Origin: an uncultured delta proteobacterium
Lineage (GTDB): Bacteria > Desulfobacterota > Desulfobacteria > Desulfobacterales > JAHEIW01
DNA length: 64,000 nt
Direction of reading: 5' to 3'
NCBI GenBank assembly: GCA_963706575.1
Contig: CAVPNL010000006.1
Coordinates: 864,001-928,000, forward strand
Within the stretch, counting starts at the first letter, position 1. Every line of letters begins with the position of its first letter. Below the pieces are notes generated by a model. The model was given only the letters and a program-made list of their open reading frames with translations, was not told where the DNA came from and made no database searches. The position numbers and the translations under genes were made by a program. This document shows, one piece after another, positions 1 to 9,946 of this stretch.

Positions 1-149
1 TCCTGTGAAAAGGCTTCTGCGGAGATTTTTAAACCCTGCTTTATTAGCAAATGATAAAACGTCGTCAGCCAGTCAGACCAGGCTGCTTTCATATTCCCAT
101 AGATCAGCAAGGTTCCGTAAAGATCAAAAAAAATTCCCTGTACGCTCAT
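1..149 (-). CDS. HAD-family hydrolase, N-terminal part (runs off the window edge)
   Basis: Manual translation from the ATG at 149: MSVQGIFFDLYGTLLIYGNMK..., containing a HAD motif I-like DLYGTL; not in the ORF track. Confidence 0.75.
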   Translation of the reverse strand, partial: MSVQGIFFDLYGTLLIYGNMKAAWSDWLTTFYHLLIKQGLKISAEAFSQ

Positions 150-241
150 TTTTTATCCAACCATTGTTACATGACAAAGGCATCCACAAAACCCTTTTCG
201 CGATGATTGAAAGCTTTTGGATCCGAGTAACCTGAGTCCTC

Positions 242-892
242 TTATTCGCAGCCGGCGGGTTTCTCCCAGTGACCGCTGAAGCCGGCCTCCATCGAAGATG
301 GCAGACATGACTGCCAGGGGATTTGTGTTAAATTTTTTGCCCGCTGCCCGATGGCACATTTGTCTTCCACAACCTGCAATTTTAAATCTCCCTGGTCCAA
401 CGTCCAACGATAAAAACCCTTCACCGCTATACAACAAGGGTCATTAAAAACCTGCACCCGGTTTTGGTCAATCACAAAAGACCCGATACTTCGCCAGCCG
501 GTAGATTCATGAAAGATTCGAAAAATACCTTTGTCTAAATTCAGTTTCCATATGCCGCCTTGGGGTACGTAATCCGGGCAGCGACGGCAGGGAACCGGCG
601 GTGTCTTTTTGGGGTCGAACTTGGTATAGGTTCCATCCAAAGTGGTGTGCGTTCTGGCAGGAAGTGGCGCCGTATGGGGAAACGGTGTTTTCTGAAGCAA
701 CTCGGACCAAATGATAGAAGTTGAACTGCTTTGTCCAGTAGTTTGAGCGGGCTCAGATTCCGTGCCGAAGGCCCCGGGCGGAAAGGAGCCGTATAGTGCC
801 GCCAGGACCCCCCAAAATACCAATACGCCCACAAAAAAAGTAATCCTGGCGGCAATTGCATAATCCGGATATCTGGCAATCAAACGATTCAT
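242..892 (-). CDS. Hypothetical membrane-anchored protein with conserved-looking Cys motifs (PCRRCPDY, NDPCC)
   Basis: ORF 242..928; the ATG at 892 avoids overlap with the upstream gene; one N-terminal hydrophobic segment. Confidence 0.6.
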   Translation of the reverse strand: MNRLIARYPDYAIAARITFFVGVLVFWGVLAALYGSFPPGAFGTESEPAQTTGQSSSTSIIWSELLQKTPFPHTAPLPARTHTTLDGTYTKFDPKKTPPVPCRRCPDYVPQGGIWKLNLDKGIFRIFHESTGWRSIGSFVIDQNRVQVFNDPCCIAVKGFYRWTLDQGDLKLQVVEDKCAIGQRAKNLTQIPWQSCLPSSMEAGFSGHWEKPAGCE

Positions 893-899
893 GGGTGGA

Positions 900-1331
900 T
901 CATTCCATTTCCCGAACCATGTAAACATTTTCCAGGTTGATCAAAAATGTAACGCTGTCCGTTTCAAGTTCAGATTCTTTAAAATGGAAGGTCTCTGATT
1001 TGTAGAGATCCCTGGCTAAAACAATGTCTAATGTCGCTTTGGGCGGATTGTTAAAAACCGTTTTTCTTCTTTCCCACAAATAGTTGAATCGTACCGCAAT
1101 TTTTCCCCTTGAATTACTCTGTGCAATCTTTAATAGAGTCGCTTGCTTGGAACGGGTATAATCATAACCGGTGTCGACAAAGTAAACATTGACCGCTTCA
1201 AGTGGGAAACTCGATTCCTTATCAAGGACACGGCCTTGAATCGAAAAAATGGTGACAGATCTAATTTGCTGGGTGGCACATCCGATGATGCCCAGGCCAA
1301 TGAACACAGTTATCATCAAGCGGAGTTTCAT
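900..1331 (-). CDS. Hypothetical lipoprotein
   Basis: MKLRLMITVFIGLGIIGC lipobox-like signal from the ATG at 1331. Confidence 0.6.
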   Translation of the reverse strand: MKLRLMITVFIGLGIIGCATQQIRSVTIFSIQGRVLDKESSFPLEAVNVYFVDTGYDYTRSKQATLLKIAQSNSRGKIAVRFNYLWERRKTVFNNPPKATLDIVLARDLYKSETFHFKESELETDSVTFLINLENVYMVREME

Positions 1332-1471
1332 AAACCGATCAAAGGGTAGAGAATCAGAAAATGGGCTGTTTGACAACGACTCGAATAACATTATCGATTG
1401 AATATAGGCATTCTAAAATTTAATCAAGCACTTCGCCAATGACCCGTGCCGCTGATGATGAGGCGGTCGGT

Positions 1472-2188
1472 TTATGTGGCCTGCCGCTTTAAGACTTTTC
1501 TTCCATATGGACACACCGATGAACAAATACCACAGTTGTGTCCCTGATGATATTCATAATAGTTTTCCTTTTTCCAGCGGTCACAGGCCGTAACATCGAG
1601 GATTTTTTCACGCTCAAGTCCTGGATGCCATGCATTGCCTGTTAATGCGTTTGCGGGACAGGCCTCAACGCAGCGCATACAGCGACCGCAAAAGCTGCGC
1701 ACAATTGGGGTTCCGTTTAAAGCCACCCCATTGGTGAAGATGGTGCCCAGACGGACCCATGAGCCGAACTTGCGGGTGATCAGCTGGCAGTGACGCCCGA
1801 TCCAGCCCAATCCCGCCCGGGTGGCTGCGGTTTTGTGGGGAAAATCTCCTTTGATGTTAACTTTGTCCGTGCGCTCGGACGCCGCCAGCGCGTAAGCTTC
1901 AAAGCCGCGGTTTTGGATTTCGTCTGCCAGCAGCCGTGCCAGTTCGTTTATCAGATGATTTACCCGGGCGTACTCATCGGCATAGACCCGGTTGGGTCCC
2001 TGCATTATGCCGGCCATGATGTGCGGGTTCATGGGGATCACCCAGGAAACCGCAAAGGGTAATCGTTGACCACCGGCATCTTTTGGTGTCTCAAAGTCCC
2101 TAAGATCGGCCACACCCCAGAGTGTAATTTCATGGGCCTGCATCCATTCGGTCAGCCAGGAATGATTCGAAGAAGAGGCGTTTTTCAA
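1472..2188 (-). CDS. Epoxyqueuosine reductase-like / 4Fe-4S dicluster protein
   Basis: HKTAATRAGLGWIG, GSWVRLGTIFT, CGRCMRCVEACP and CGICSSVCP motifs. Confidence 0.8.
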   Translation of the reverse strand: MKNASSSNHSWLTEWMQAHEITLWGVADLRDFETPKDAGGQRLPFAVSWVIPMNPHIMAGIMQGPNRVYADEYARVNHLINELARLLADEIQNRGFEAYALAASERTDKVNIKGDFPHKTAATRAGLGWIGRHCQLITRKFGSWVRLGTIFTNGVALNGTPIVRSFCGRCMRCVEACPANALTGNAWHPGLEREKILDVTACDRWKKENYYEYHQGHNCGICSSVCPYGRKVLKRQAT

Positions 2189-2285
2189 AATAATGCCTTT
2201 GCCGGTTTGTAATGATTAAGGGAATTTGTTGTATATCGAGAAAAGCAATTAAATTCAAATCGAGAATTTGTTGGTTTTCAGAGCA

Positions 2286-2343
2286 GAATAAGGTGGGAAT
2301 TCAGCGGCGACGGATTGCCGTTAGCTGAAATGATTCGTTATGC
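2286..2343 (-). mobile_element. attC-like integron recombination site (58 bp, R' degenerate)
   Basis: Minus strand reads GCATAAC-GAATC-ATTTCAGC-18nt-GCTGAAT-TCCCAC-CTTATTC, matching R''/L''/L'/R' spacing with one extra base in L''. Confidence 0.6.
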
Positions 2344-2382
2344 GATTTTGGTCTTTTTGTTCCTGGTCTGATTTATTTGCAC

Positions 2383-3627
2383 TCAGTTTTGAGCAAACCC
2401 TGGAGAAGGGGGTTCGGGCTCTGATATTTGTTCATCCGCTTCATTTGCAATCCTATCCTCAAGCAAGTTCCATATATCAATAAATCCCATATCCGCTGCT
2501 ATGTCTAAAGGCGTCTGGTCCATATAAATTTGGATTTCAACGATATCATTATCCGATAATATTGGCGCCTTAATACATCTGGCAAATGGAAAATCAGCTT
2601 CCATCTTAACATTTATATTTGCTTTACTGGATAATAAATGTTCAACAATATCCTTATTGCCGATGGCGACTGCAATGTGTAAGGGCGTTGCCCCATTATC
2701 TGCTCTACTGTTTACATCAAGACCTTGCCTGATTAAAAACTTAACTAAATCTAAATTTCCGCTTTGTGTCGCATGATGCAAAACAGTCGCGTCGTAATGA
2801 GTCTTGCTGCCAGTGTCCGCACCATTTTCAACAAGATATTTGACAATTGAAAGTTTTCCTATCCAGCATGCGGCGAAAATCGGTGTAGCCCCTTCGATAT
2901 CCTTAGAATTAGGCTTCGCGTTGTGTTCAATGAGAAATTTGACGATTTTCATATCTCCATTCATGGCAGCGCCATGAAGTGGCGTAAGCTCTGCTTCAGG
3001 GACTTTAATATTTACGTTTGCTCCATTATTTATCAGCAACTTAACGATCTCGAAATGACCCAGATAAGATGCATGGTGCAAGGCTGCTTGCCCGCTGTCA
3101 TCTCTGGCGTTTACGTCTGCTCCATTGCTTAATAATTTATCTACCAATTTAAGATCGCCCTTTTTGGTTGCTTCTATCAAATCACCTGCGCTTGAAATAT
3201 AAGTGTTTGCCTTTTTTTTTGCTTCACTCCAAATTTTCTTTGAATACCCTCCATTCGCACAATGATCCGGATATCTGCTGTTTTTTGTATCTACGTAGGC
3301 CGCGGCATAAGGTACAAGCCATTTTGGATTCTGATAATTATTATAGTAATGTCTGGGGGAATACCAGGGGGGGCGTGGGGTAATTCTCTGGAGCGTCGCA
3401 TTTTGTGCGTCACACTCAATTTTATATGCCTCAAACCCAACCACAATATGTTCAAACATGTGACCTTTCATCAGCACCTCTCTGCTGGACCATTCGCCGT
3501 CTGAACTCTGAAAGGCAACATTGGTTCCCTTCGAAACCATTGAATGATAATTCGCCAGAACAGCGAATATGATAAACAAGACAGGGATGGAAATTGTGTA
3601 TAGAATTGGCTTCTTTAATTTGATCAT
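2383..3627 (-). CDS. Ankyrin-repeat protein with an N-terminal membrane anchor and an unknown domain
   Basis: Multiple TPLH/ALH..A...G...VK.L..GA.VN ankyrin repeats; start moved to the ATG at 3627; visibly AT-rich. Confidence 0.85.
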   Translation of the reverse strand: MIKLKKPILYTISIPVLFIIFAVLANYHSMVSKGTNVAFQSSDGEWSSREVLMKGHMFEHIVVGFEAYKIECDAQNATLQRITPRPPWYSPRHYYNNYQNPKWLVPYAAAYVDTKNSRYPDHCANGGYSKKIWSEAKKKANTYISSAGDLIEATKKGDLKLVDKLLSNGADVNARDDSGQAALHHASYLGHFEIVKLLINNGANVNIKVPEAELTPLHGAAMNGDMKIVKFLIEHNAKPNSKDIEGATPIFAACWIGKLSIVKYLVENGADTGSKTHYDATVLHHATQSGNLDLVKFLIRQGLDVNSRADNGATPLHIAVAIGNKDIVEHLLSSKANINVKMEADFPFARCIKAPILSDNDIVEIQIYMDQTPLDIAADMGFIDIWNLLEDRIANEADEQISEPEPPSPGFAQN

Positions 3628-3646
3628 TCGAAATACGGCCTGTCCA

Positions 3647-4108
3647 TCATTGGTGAATTCTGGAAAGCTCAACCGTTTCATCTTTTCCCGCCATGGTAAG
3701 AATGAGCGTGTCATCTTCCAATTGATATTGCATGTTTCCCTTTTGCAGGGAAGCATTGCATCGCAGAAAACCGGGGCTGTGCTCTTTTTCCACATTGTTC
3801 GACGCGAGAACCCGGATTTCTTCAGGCGTTATCACCGCAGGAGAGGAGACTTCCGCCAGGACACTGTATTCTTTGAAAGCGCATGTATTGGAAGCAATGA
3901 CCTCGCCCTCATTGATGATGAGGGTTAACTGGATGGACATTCCGCCCGTTTCTAATTTCATCAGCTCCCAGGAGCCGTAAAGATCCGTTTCCACATTGGA
4001 CTCCTCTGCCAATGCGTTACCACCCCAAAATGCAAACAACGTCATTACAACAAGGCCAGATACGAACAGAAATTTAGTTGGGTTCATTTGCTGCCTTTCA
4101 TTCTTCAA
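3647..4108 (-). CDS. Hypothetical exported protein (possible lipocalin-like beta barrel)
   Basis: Signal peptide ending in ALA; LYGSWEL motif. Confidence 0.6.
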   Translation of the reverse strand: MKNERQQMNPTKFLFVSGLVVMTLFAFWGGNALAEESNVETDLYGSWELMKLETGGMSIQLTLIINEGEVIASNTCAFKEYSVLAEVSSPAVITPEEIRVLASNNVEKEHSPGFLRCNASLQKGNMQYQLEDDTLILTMAGKDETVELSRIHQ

Positions 4109-4710
4109 TTATTAAACGTTTTTCTTTTTTCTTCCAGGCGTTGATCGAGGTTTTTTAACATCTCGATGGTTTTTTTGAGATTTTGATTGGATTCTTGGAG
4201 CTTGCGATTTTTTTCCCGGAGATTGATTTCTTCACGGGTTAATTTGTGATTGGTTCGGCTAAGTGCCAATTTTGTCTGTTTTGATTGTTTTAGTTGGTCC
4301 TTCATCCTGTTAATCTGCTGATGCTGAACTGCAATCTCTTTCGACAGACGGTCGATTTCTTTTAATGACGCCATCCAGTCTAGCGTTTCACCATCGACGG
4401 GAGATTCTTCCAGACTGATATAGAATTTAAGATGTTTAAGGGATTTTTGGTAATTTCGCAGGTGATTTTTGTGATCGGAATAAAGGTGCGCCAGCCTTAA
4501 ATGTGCTTTTTTTGCTTCGGCAGATTTTGAATTTTTCAAAATAACCTGGTTCAACTCCATAATTTCTTGGGAGTATTTGTCATTGGCAACCGGTTGACCG
4601 GTTGACGATGACGGTTCTTGGCTGATATTCTGCGTATGAGAACAGCCGGTCAACACCAAAATCAGTGCCAGGACAGCGATAAAATTCCTTTTCACTGTTA
4701 ATCTAGGCAT
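4105..4710 (-). CDS. Lipoprotein with a helical/TPR-like segment and a C-terminal coiled coil (QseG/YfhG-like architecture)
   Basis: LVLTGC lipobox; long coiled coil ending IEMLKNLDQRLEEKRK; start abuts the stop of the upstream cyclase. Confidence 0.7.
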   Translation of the reverse strand: MPRLTVKRNFIAVLALILVLTGCSHTQNISQEPSSSTGQPVANDKYSQEIMELNQVILKNSKSAEAKKAHLRLAHLYSDHKNHLRNYQKSLKHLKFYISLEESPVDGETLDWMASLKEIDRLSKEIAVQHQQINRMKDQLKQSKQTKLALSRTNHKLTREEINLREKNRKLQESNQNLKKTIEMLKNLDQRLEEKRKTFNN

Positions 4711-6180
4711 TTATTTTCCTTTTGAACTCCGTTTGAGGCCCTGCAGGCTGATTAATTTGCGATCCCGTTCTCCCTTTCTTTTACCGTCCCCGCGCTGATC
4801 TACCATAAAAATGCTTCCGGCCACTGTTTTGGCATGCTCCTTCATTTCCGCAGCCACTTCACCGTACTGGATGTGATTTTTGAATTTACGCTTTACGTTC
4901 GTAACCACGGCAATGGAGAGGGTCGCCAGTGGAAATTTGACTTCCTGGCCCTGGCGGTTTTCACCAACAATATGACCGCGCTGCCTGTCTTCTTCATCGT
5001 AAAATCCGGGAATATTTTTATCAAAGGTATCAATTACCGCCTGGCAGATTCTCGGATAAAGATCCGGAGTGGTGATCAGTACATAATCATCCCCGCCAAT
5101 GTGGCCGATAAAATCATCTTCGTGTCCGTATTTGGCAACCGCTTCACTGATTATAGCGGCGGTGGCCTGGATGATATCGTTGCCCTTGGCATATCCGTAA
5201 TGGTCATTGTAGGCTTTAAAATTATCGATATCCATCAGACAAAAGGCAATGGGTTCCTTGGCGGCAATGCGCTTGTTCATTACATTTTCTATGGCAACGC
5301 CTCCGGGTAGCCGTGTCAGGGGACTGGTATCCAGATACATTTCTTCGAGTTGTTTTAAGCGCTTGGCCATGGTGATAAATGCTTGAGCCAGCTCTCCAAG
5401 CTCATCCTTGTTGCGGATGTTGGGCCGATGATCAAACTTGCCTTCGGCGATCATGCCGGTGGCGTACTTTAATTTTTTTATGGCCCCGGCGATGTTGTGA
5501 GTGATGACAAAGGCCGCTATCAGCGAGAACAGCAAGCCAAGGCCGCATAAAATCCCTGCGGCTTTGAAGGCGATCCGACCGATGGTTGTCATCAGAGCGG
5601 TTTTCTGATTCCGCTCCAGCTGTGCACGGCCTTGCATTTTTTGGATAACAGCATTAATTTTTTCCTGCTGAGTCTTGATATTTTTCTCAAAAGCTTTCGA
5701 TATCGGAGAGTCAGGGTCCTCGATCCATCCGATGGCTTCTGAAAGGATATACTTATACTCCGTTTGAAGGTTTGCGATTTGGTCGATGGGATAATCTTTT
5801 TGGCCGGGTAAGGCGAGCAACTGCTCGGTCAGTCGATTAAATTCTTTTTCCTTATTCCAGAACTTCTTCAAATCTTCAGGGCTCTTTAAAATAAGGTAGC
5901 GCTGGACAGACCGTTCCTGGGCCAGGATGACGTCAACCATTTTTCCCGATATGCTGGTGATGGGCAGATCTGTCTCCAAAATACTGCTGTTAATTTTATT
6001 GAGCTGATTCAGATTAAACAGCGCAAAGATGGAGATACCCACCAGCAGGAGCAGCAACACACTGTATCCCAGCATGAGTTTTTTGGCGATATTGAGACGG
6101 TAAAAAGGGCTAACGGCAAATTCGATTAGCCGGTCGATGATTTTCCGTTCACTAGGTTGTGATGAGTTGCGGTCAGCCAC
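4711..6180 (-). CDS. Membrane sensor diguanylate cyclase (periplasmic helical domain, HAMP, GGDEF)
   Basis: Two TM segments, HAMP (DELGELAQAF), MDIDNFKAYNDHYG and GGDDY motifs. Confidence 0.9.
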   Translation of the reverse strand: MADRNSSQPSERKIIDRLIEFAVSPFYRLNIAKKLMLGYSVLLLLLVGISIFALFNLNQLNKINSSILETDLPITSISGKMVDVILAQERSVQRYLILKSPEDLKKFWNKEKEFNRLTEQLLALPGQKDYPIDQIANLQTEYKYILSEAIGWIEDPDSPISKAFEKNIKTQQEKINAVIQKMQGRAQLERNQKTALMTTIGRIAFKAAGILCGLGLLFSLIAAFVITHNIAGAIKKLKYATGMIAEGKFDHRPNIRNKDELGELAQAFITMAKRLKQLEEMYLDTSPLTRLPGGVAIENVMNKRIAAKEPIAFCLMDIDNFKAYNDHYGYAKGNDIIQATAAIISEAVAKYGHEDDFIGHIGGDDYVLITTPDLYPRICQAVIDTFDKNIPGFYDEEDRQRGHIVGENRQGQEVKFPLATLSIAVVTNVKRKFKNHIQYGEVAAEMKEHAKTVAGSIFMVDQRGDGKRKGERDRKLISLQGLKRSSKGK

Positions 6181-6315
6181 TGGTACACCCGGTTGTTAAT
6201 TTATGTTGAAACTAAAAGTTCTGTTTTTGTTTACAAATACCTGGGAATGTTATCGGCTGGGGGGCTGTTGAACTTGAGAAAAAATCAGGGGTTGTCCTAA
6301 AAGTGTATTTATCTC

Positions 6316-6483
6316 GAGCCCGTCTCAAAAATAGGATTTCGGTTCAAGATTCCGTCTTCGCCACGCGAAAAGCGTAGCTACGCCGGTACAGGCGCGGCGG
6401 AGCCGAGTTTTTCCAGCGTAGAAGGATTTAAAGTGAGGCACCAACAAAGATATTGGGCCAAAAGACATTTTTGAGATGGGCTC
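6316..6483 (+). mobile_element. MITE-like element, copy 1 (17-bp TIRs)
   Basis: GAGCCCGTCTCAAAAAT ... ATTTTTGAGATGGGCTC; interior homologous to 12980..13121 and 31100..31289. Confidence 0.75.
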
Positions 6484-6551
6484 TCATATGGTTTCAGCGT
6501 AAGAAATGCGGTTGGCTCACCATCAGGGGCCGGTGTCAGGTCGATTTATCG

Positions 6552-7196
6552 CTATTTGGGTGAAGAGACCTTTAATTTTTGCCCGGGGTAAATAGATGCT
6601 TTCTGATCCAGTTGGTTGAATTGTCTCAATTGCTCAACGGAAAGATTATAGTGGCGGCTGATGCGATAGAGGGTTTCACCCTGCTTGACGGTGTGTATTT
6701 TGGCTTTGGTTTCATTTTTAAGCGCCGGAGCGGATACAGCGGCTTCGGTCTTGGTAGTGGCTTCGGCAACCGGTTTAGCCGGGGCTGTATTGACCTGATT
6801 TACCATGCTATTGATGCGGGCCGTCAAATTGGCTTCTAACTGGTCAAGGCGTTCGGTTAGCAGGATCAGCTGGTTTCCCTGTCCGGCGGTTTGAGATAAT
6901 CCACCTTCACCTTCAATGGATCCGAGACGGTTTTCCAGCTGCTCGAGCCTGGATTCCAGCGCCAGAAACTGGACTTTTTCGGCAAGACTATAGGTTCTGG
7001 CAATGCCGATAACGCTGAGAACGATCAAAATTAAAAAACCGCCAATGGCGATGTAAATGTGTTTAAAGGCCTGCCCGCCGGAAGCATTGCTGCCAGATCC
7101 GTGGTAAAGATCCTCGCGGGATTCCAATGCGTCGCTACCCTGGTAGCTGCTGCTCAACACAAAATCTTTGTCGTCGCCGTTTTCTAATTGACCCAT
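6552..7196 (-). CDS. LysM peptidoglycan-binding membrane protein
   Basis: TM segment, coiled coil and C-terminal LysM (HTVKQGETLYRISRHY...IYPGQKLKV). Confidence 0.9.
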   Translation of the reverse strand: MGQLENGDDKDFVLSSSYQGSDALESREDLYHGSGSNASGGQAFKHIYIAIGGFLILIVLSVIGIARTYSLAEKVQFLALESRLEQLENRLGSIEGEGGLSQTAGQGNQLILLTERLDQLEANLTARINSMVNQVNTAPAKPVAEATTKTEAAVSAPALKNETKAKIHTVKQGETLYRISRHYNLSVEQLRQFNQLDQKASIYPGQKLKVSSPK

Positions 7197-7303
7197 TTTT
7201 CCGATCCTTTTTTTTGTGATGCGGTTATAGGGCTTTCGCCAGCCTTGTTCTTGCTACCTAAAATAATTTCATTTAAGCTAAAAGGCAACAAAAAACCTGG
7301 TAC

Positions 7304-8677
7304 TTAACCAGGTTTTTTATGCTCATCGGTATTTTTTAACCGCCAGCGGGCAAAGACCAGCACGGCCAGTATCGTCAGCAGAAAATATCCCGGAAACCAG
7401 GCGATGGATTTGACGAACACCAGGTTTTCAAGTTGAGCGCCGCTGATGTCCATCCGGCCGGCGGTAACCTGCAAATTGAGGTACGCCAGCAGCAAAGAGT
7501 AAAGTACGCCGATCAGGCCGTAAGCCAGATTAAATGACAGCCCTTTGAAGCTGAGGACTGTGGCCCGTTGGTGGGAGGCGGTAATGCGGTTGAGGTAATG
7601 GCTTTGAAAGAAATTCTCCAGGTAAATTACTGCGACCAGGACGATAAGCGGCAGCAATCCTATTATCGGCCAGAAAAATGTCATACCGGCCAGTCCGATC
7701 AGGGTTAGCACACCCATGATGCCCAGATTAAATACCGGCGAATGTTTTTGCACCATGCTCCGGGCAAGGCTCGGCATCACCAACCCCAGAATCGCCAGCC
7801 CGGAACCGATCAAACCGAATGTGGCTTCCGGCAGCGCAATCAGGCGATAATATTGGCTGTTGAGCGTGATGATCATGCGAATGCAGTTGTCAAAGACGAC
7901 TCCGGCAAGAATAATGACCAGGGCAAATGGTGTTCGCAGGATCCAGCCGCCGGCAGCAAGGGTCAGTTTAAAAGCATCTGCAATCGATGGGTCATGGCTG
8001 GCATTTTCCTGATGATCGCGATGCCCGCTTTCGCGCATGCGCAGGGCGGTGATAAGGGTTAAGATCGCCATCAGTAGCGTCAGCAAAGGAGGGATGCGCA
8101 GAGTAATGCCCTGATTTAACTGTACATTAATTCCCAGCGTATCGGCCGCGCGTTGCATAAGATCGGGATCGTAAACAGCCGCGCCCAGGCTCATGGCAAT
8201 AATAAAGGCACTGGATCGCGCCCACATTTGTTTTTCGAGGACCCGCGGCCAATCCCGGATATCGCCTTCCGCCTGGAGACTGTCATAGGCGATGGCCTCA
8301 TCCGCACCGGAAGCCGATGCCTCGGCCGCCCCGCTCAGTATCCGATTGACCAGAAATATGGGAAACAACAGCTGCGCGTTGCCCCGCGGCGCAAAACACA
8401 GCAATATCATTTCGATAACCATCAGAATCCCGGTAAAAACCAGTAGATTCCTGCGGCCTACGGTGTCGGCCAGGGCACCGGATGGCACTTCGAGCAATAC
8501 GATGGTAGCGGCCCAGGCCGCATTGAGCAGGGCAAACTGTTGCAGGGTCAAACCATAATCCAAAAACAAAATGGTAAATACCGGATAATAAAACCGGCAG
8601 TTAAAAAAAACACGAAAAGCAATAAACAGGCGGACATTGCGAATTTTAAACGGAGATTTCTTGGCGGGTGTTTCCAA
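7304..8677 (-). CDS. MFS transporter
   Basis: About 12 hydrophobic segments; EVPSGALADTVGRR (MFS motif A). Confidence 0.9.
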   Translation of the reverse strand: METPAKKSPFKIRNVRLFIAFRVFFNCRFYYPVFTILFLDYGLTLQQFALLNAAWAATIVLLEVPSGALADTVGRRNLLVFTGILMVIEMILLCFAPRGNAQLLFPIFLVNRILSGAAEASASGADEAIAYDSLQAEGDIRDWPRVLEKQMWARSSAFIIAMSLGAAVYDPDLMQRAADTLGINVQLNQGITLRIPPLLTLLMAILTLITALRMRESGHRDHQENASHDPSIADAFKLTLAAGGWILRTPFALVIILAGVVFDNCIRMIITLNSQYYRLIALPEATFGLIGSGLAILGLVMPSLARSMVQKHSPVFNLGIMGVLTLIGLAGMTFFWPIIGLLPLIVLVAVIYLENFFQSHYLNRITASHQRATVLSFKGLSFNLAYGLIGVLYSLLLAYLNLQVTAGRMDISGAQLENLVFVKSIAWFPGYFLLTILAVLVFARWRLKNTDEHKKPG

Positions 8678-8706
8678 TGATTCGATTCTATTCTTAGATT
8701 TTTTAT

Positions 8707-8791
8707 CCCACGCTAAGCCGCAAAGCTCGCGAAGAAAAAGATGTTAGCTAAATAAACTTATAATCTTTGCGTCTCGGCGTCTTTGCGTGAG
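8707..8791. repeat. Intergenic inverted repeat made of CGCAAAG-like periodic units (same family as 30551..30641)
   Basis: Left arm CCCACGCTAAGCCGCAAAGCTCGCGAAGA; right arm TCTTTGCGTCTCGGCGTCTTTGCGTGAG; AT-rich spacer. Confidence 0.7.
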
Positions 8792-8809
8792 GCTATTCAA
8801 ATGTTTTTC

Positions 8810-9766
8810 TTATTCTTCCAGAGCGATGCGCACCAGCGGAGCCGGTATCCGCTCGGAGGTCACAAAAACCGATTTTCCGTAAAACCCGAAACTTACGGCT
8901 TCCTGCTGGAATAATCTGTCAAAACGCAAACGCTGTGGTTTTCTTTGGAAGGCACTCGTCCAGTCTTCGTTTTGTCTGCGCCTGAAAAGATAACCGTTGT
9001 TGTAAGTCAACACCACCGCTGAATAACCGTCAACTGTCAGATCCATGTCGGTGGGCCAGTTAAGATGCGGAACTGTCGTTAAGCGGCGCGCCACTGCAAT
9101 TGTGTCTGGGTCAATGGGCTCTAACGCTAATTCATAAAGCACCGGCGTTAACCTACGCTTGCTGAGCAAGAAGACGCGTTTCCCGGCTACATCCACCGCT
9201 ACCGCTTCACAATCCAGGGGTCCATCCTCATATGTGAAACGGATCTGCCAGGCAATGGTTGCAACCCTACCATTGTCTATCCCGGTTGCGGTGATGATGG
9301 GTTCTTTTACAACGTAAAGCGTAACGGTTTGGCGCTGCTCCCAGTTGTCGCCAACATCCGCAATCAAAAGGTAGGCGGTATCCTGCCAGCGGAATGAGGC
9401 CAGCGCTTCCCAATCAAAGTTACTGGCCCCCTCTACGCGGAAAGTGCCCAGATCGGCACCATCGATACCAACTGCATACAGCAGCGGGTCAGCGCCGCCG
9501 TCATTGATCGCCCACAGTAACCCGGGGTAAAGACGAGACGATGCCAGACCGCTGGCTTCACTGATTTCTGGGTTTTGCAGATTTCCGGCAATGACCGGTT
9601 CACCGACAACCGGTGGACTCGGGTCTTTTGTCATCAGAGCAGCGCCACAGCCGGCGACGGTAATGATCACGGCCATAAACACCAGCGGCGTAAAGCTCAA
9701 TCCTGCGGTGCCCTTATTCTCGGAGTGTTTTTTTTGTGCTGCCGGTATTATCATTGATGGCCGCAA
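8810..9766 (-). CDS. Conserved hypothetical protein, probable beta-propeller lipoprotein
   Basis: ISEASGL...LWAINDGG, DWEAL, IADVGDN and DCEAVAVD motifs; VAGC lipobox-like. Confidence 0.7.
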   Translation of the reverse strand: MRPSMIIPAAQKKHSENKGTAGLSFTPLVFMAVIITVAGCGAALMTKDPSPPVVGEPVIAGNLQNPEISEASGLASSRLYPGLLWAINDGGADPLLYAVGIDGADLGTFRVEGASNFDWEALASFRWQDTAYLLIADVGDNWEQRQTVTLYVVKEPIITATGIDNGRVATIAWQIRFTYEDGPLDCEAVAVDVAGKRVFLLSKRRLTPVLYELALEPIDPDTIAVARRLTTVPHLNWPTDMDLTVDGYSAVVLTYNNGYLFRRRQNEDWTSAFQRKPQRLRFDRLFQQEAVSFGFYGKSVFVTSERIPAPLVRIALEE

Positions 9767-9881
9767 TACTCAGGTTTGGGTGATTTTGAGGTTGATTTGC
9801 AGCTTCGATTTTAGTTCCCGGCTGTTTCATATGTCAAGATGTTAAACGTACAAGCGATTAGATCGGTCCAAAAGGATGTAA

Positions 9882-9912
9882 AAAAGGGGGTCACTGAAAG
9901 TGACCCCCTTTT
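9882..9912 (-). terminator. Rho-independent terminator of the VWA operon
   Basis: AAAAGGGGGTCACT-GAA-AGTGACCCCCTTTT hairpin flanked by A/T runs. Confidence 0.8.
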
Positions 9913-9946
9913 ACCATTCACAATGGTTTTGGATTTTTTGTTTGGG

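Noticed and set aside
5..437. ORFs 5..235 (+) and 153..437 (-)
   Set aside because: They overlap the better-supported HAD hydrolase start and the 242..892 gene
2383..2385. Sec readthrough of the ankyrin gene TGA
   Set aside because: No Cys-motif context and no SECIS-like hairpin at the expected distance
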